Shown: positions 63,805 to 64,000 of the stretch, piece by piece
How the letters are laid out: each line of letters opens with the position of its first letter
How positions within the stretch are numbered: position 1 is the first letter of the stretch
Source: an uncultured Bacillota bacterium
GTDB lineage: Bacteria; Bacillota; Clostridia; Christensenellales; UBA1242
Direction of reading: 5' to 3'
Length of the DNA stretch: 64,000 nt
Assembly: GCA_949292985.1 (NCBI GenBank)
Contig: CASFBF010000011.1
Span: 2,450-66,449, forward strand
The notes under the pieces: model-generated
Told to the model about the DNA's origin: nothing
Seen by the model: the letters and a program-made list of their open reading frames with translations, nothing else
Databases searched by the model: none
Translations under genes and position numbers: made by a program

Positions 63805-64000
63805 TTGCCCACCTCCTCTGTTACTGTGATTTCTTTTTCTGGACTATCTTCAACACCTTCTACTACTTCTGGCTTATCAAAGTCAGGATTAAGGTATTTT
63901 GAACGCTTTAATTTAAGCGGTTTTGGATTTGTTGAATTGAAAGGTAAATACCATTTCATCATAAAACGCATAACAACAAGTGAGCAGAACATGGAAAGCA
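63801..64000 (-). CDS. secD: protein translocase subunit SecD, C-terminal end only (gene runs off the right edge)
   Basis: The reading frame is open to the window edge. A terminal TM segment plus tail (FCSLVVMRFMMKWYLPF...) lies immediately upstream of secF, overlapping it by 4 nt. Confidence 0.8.
   Translation of the reverse strand, partial: LSMFCSLVVMRFMMKWYLPFNSTNPKPLKLKRSKYLNPDFDKPEVVEGVEDSPEKEITVTEEVGK

Overview
Low-GC chromosomal segment of an endospore-forming Firmicute, Clostridia-like in gene content. It is almost all core housekeeping and sporulation genes. Left part, mostly + strand: an ABC exporter pair, spoIIAA-spoIIAB-sigF, spoVAC-AD-AE, yunB, T-box-pheST, a cysteine desulfurase with thiI, argR-recN-spoIVB, and serS. 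From about 27.9 kb to the right edge every gene is on the - strand: rny, ruvCAB-queA-tgt, infC-rpmI-rplT, proS, xseAB-nusB, spoIIIAA-AH, efp, the rimP-nusA-infB-rbfA-truB cluster, rpsB-tsf-frr-uppS-cdsA-rseP, and secDF. There is one tRNA-Pro(CGG). I saw no rRNA, CRISPR array, transposase or prophage. The items most worth a second look are listed here. (1) Three 81-85-nt structured terminator modules, each three hairpins closed by a 9-bp helix and each starting 0-1 nt after a stop codon. (2) A family of intergenic TATTATG-N-CATAATA palindromes. (3) A 510-aa PolC-N/OB/exonuclease protein with no polymerase domain, sitting in the polC slot. (4) No MEP/isoprenoid genes in two normally conserved neighbourhoods. 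(5) An XerS-like recombinase with an apparently leaderless start, near a coding-strand polarity switch. (6) Several uncharacterised proteins: a beta-solenoid repeat protein, a G/Y/N-rich lipoprotein, a possibly degenerate nucleotidyltransferase-like protein coupled to serS, and a membrane-anchored PadR-like protein. (7) A conserved membrane-protein gene that appears to start at ATT. All family assignments rest on motif recognition by eye; no database search was possible.
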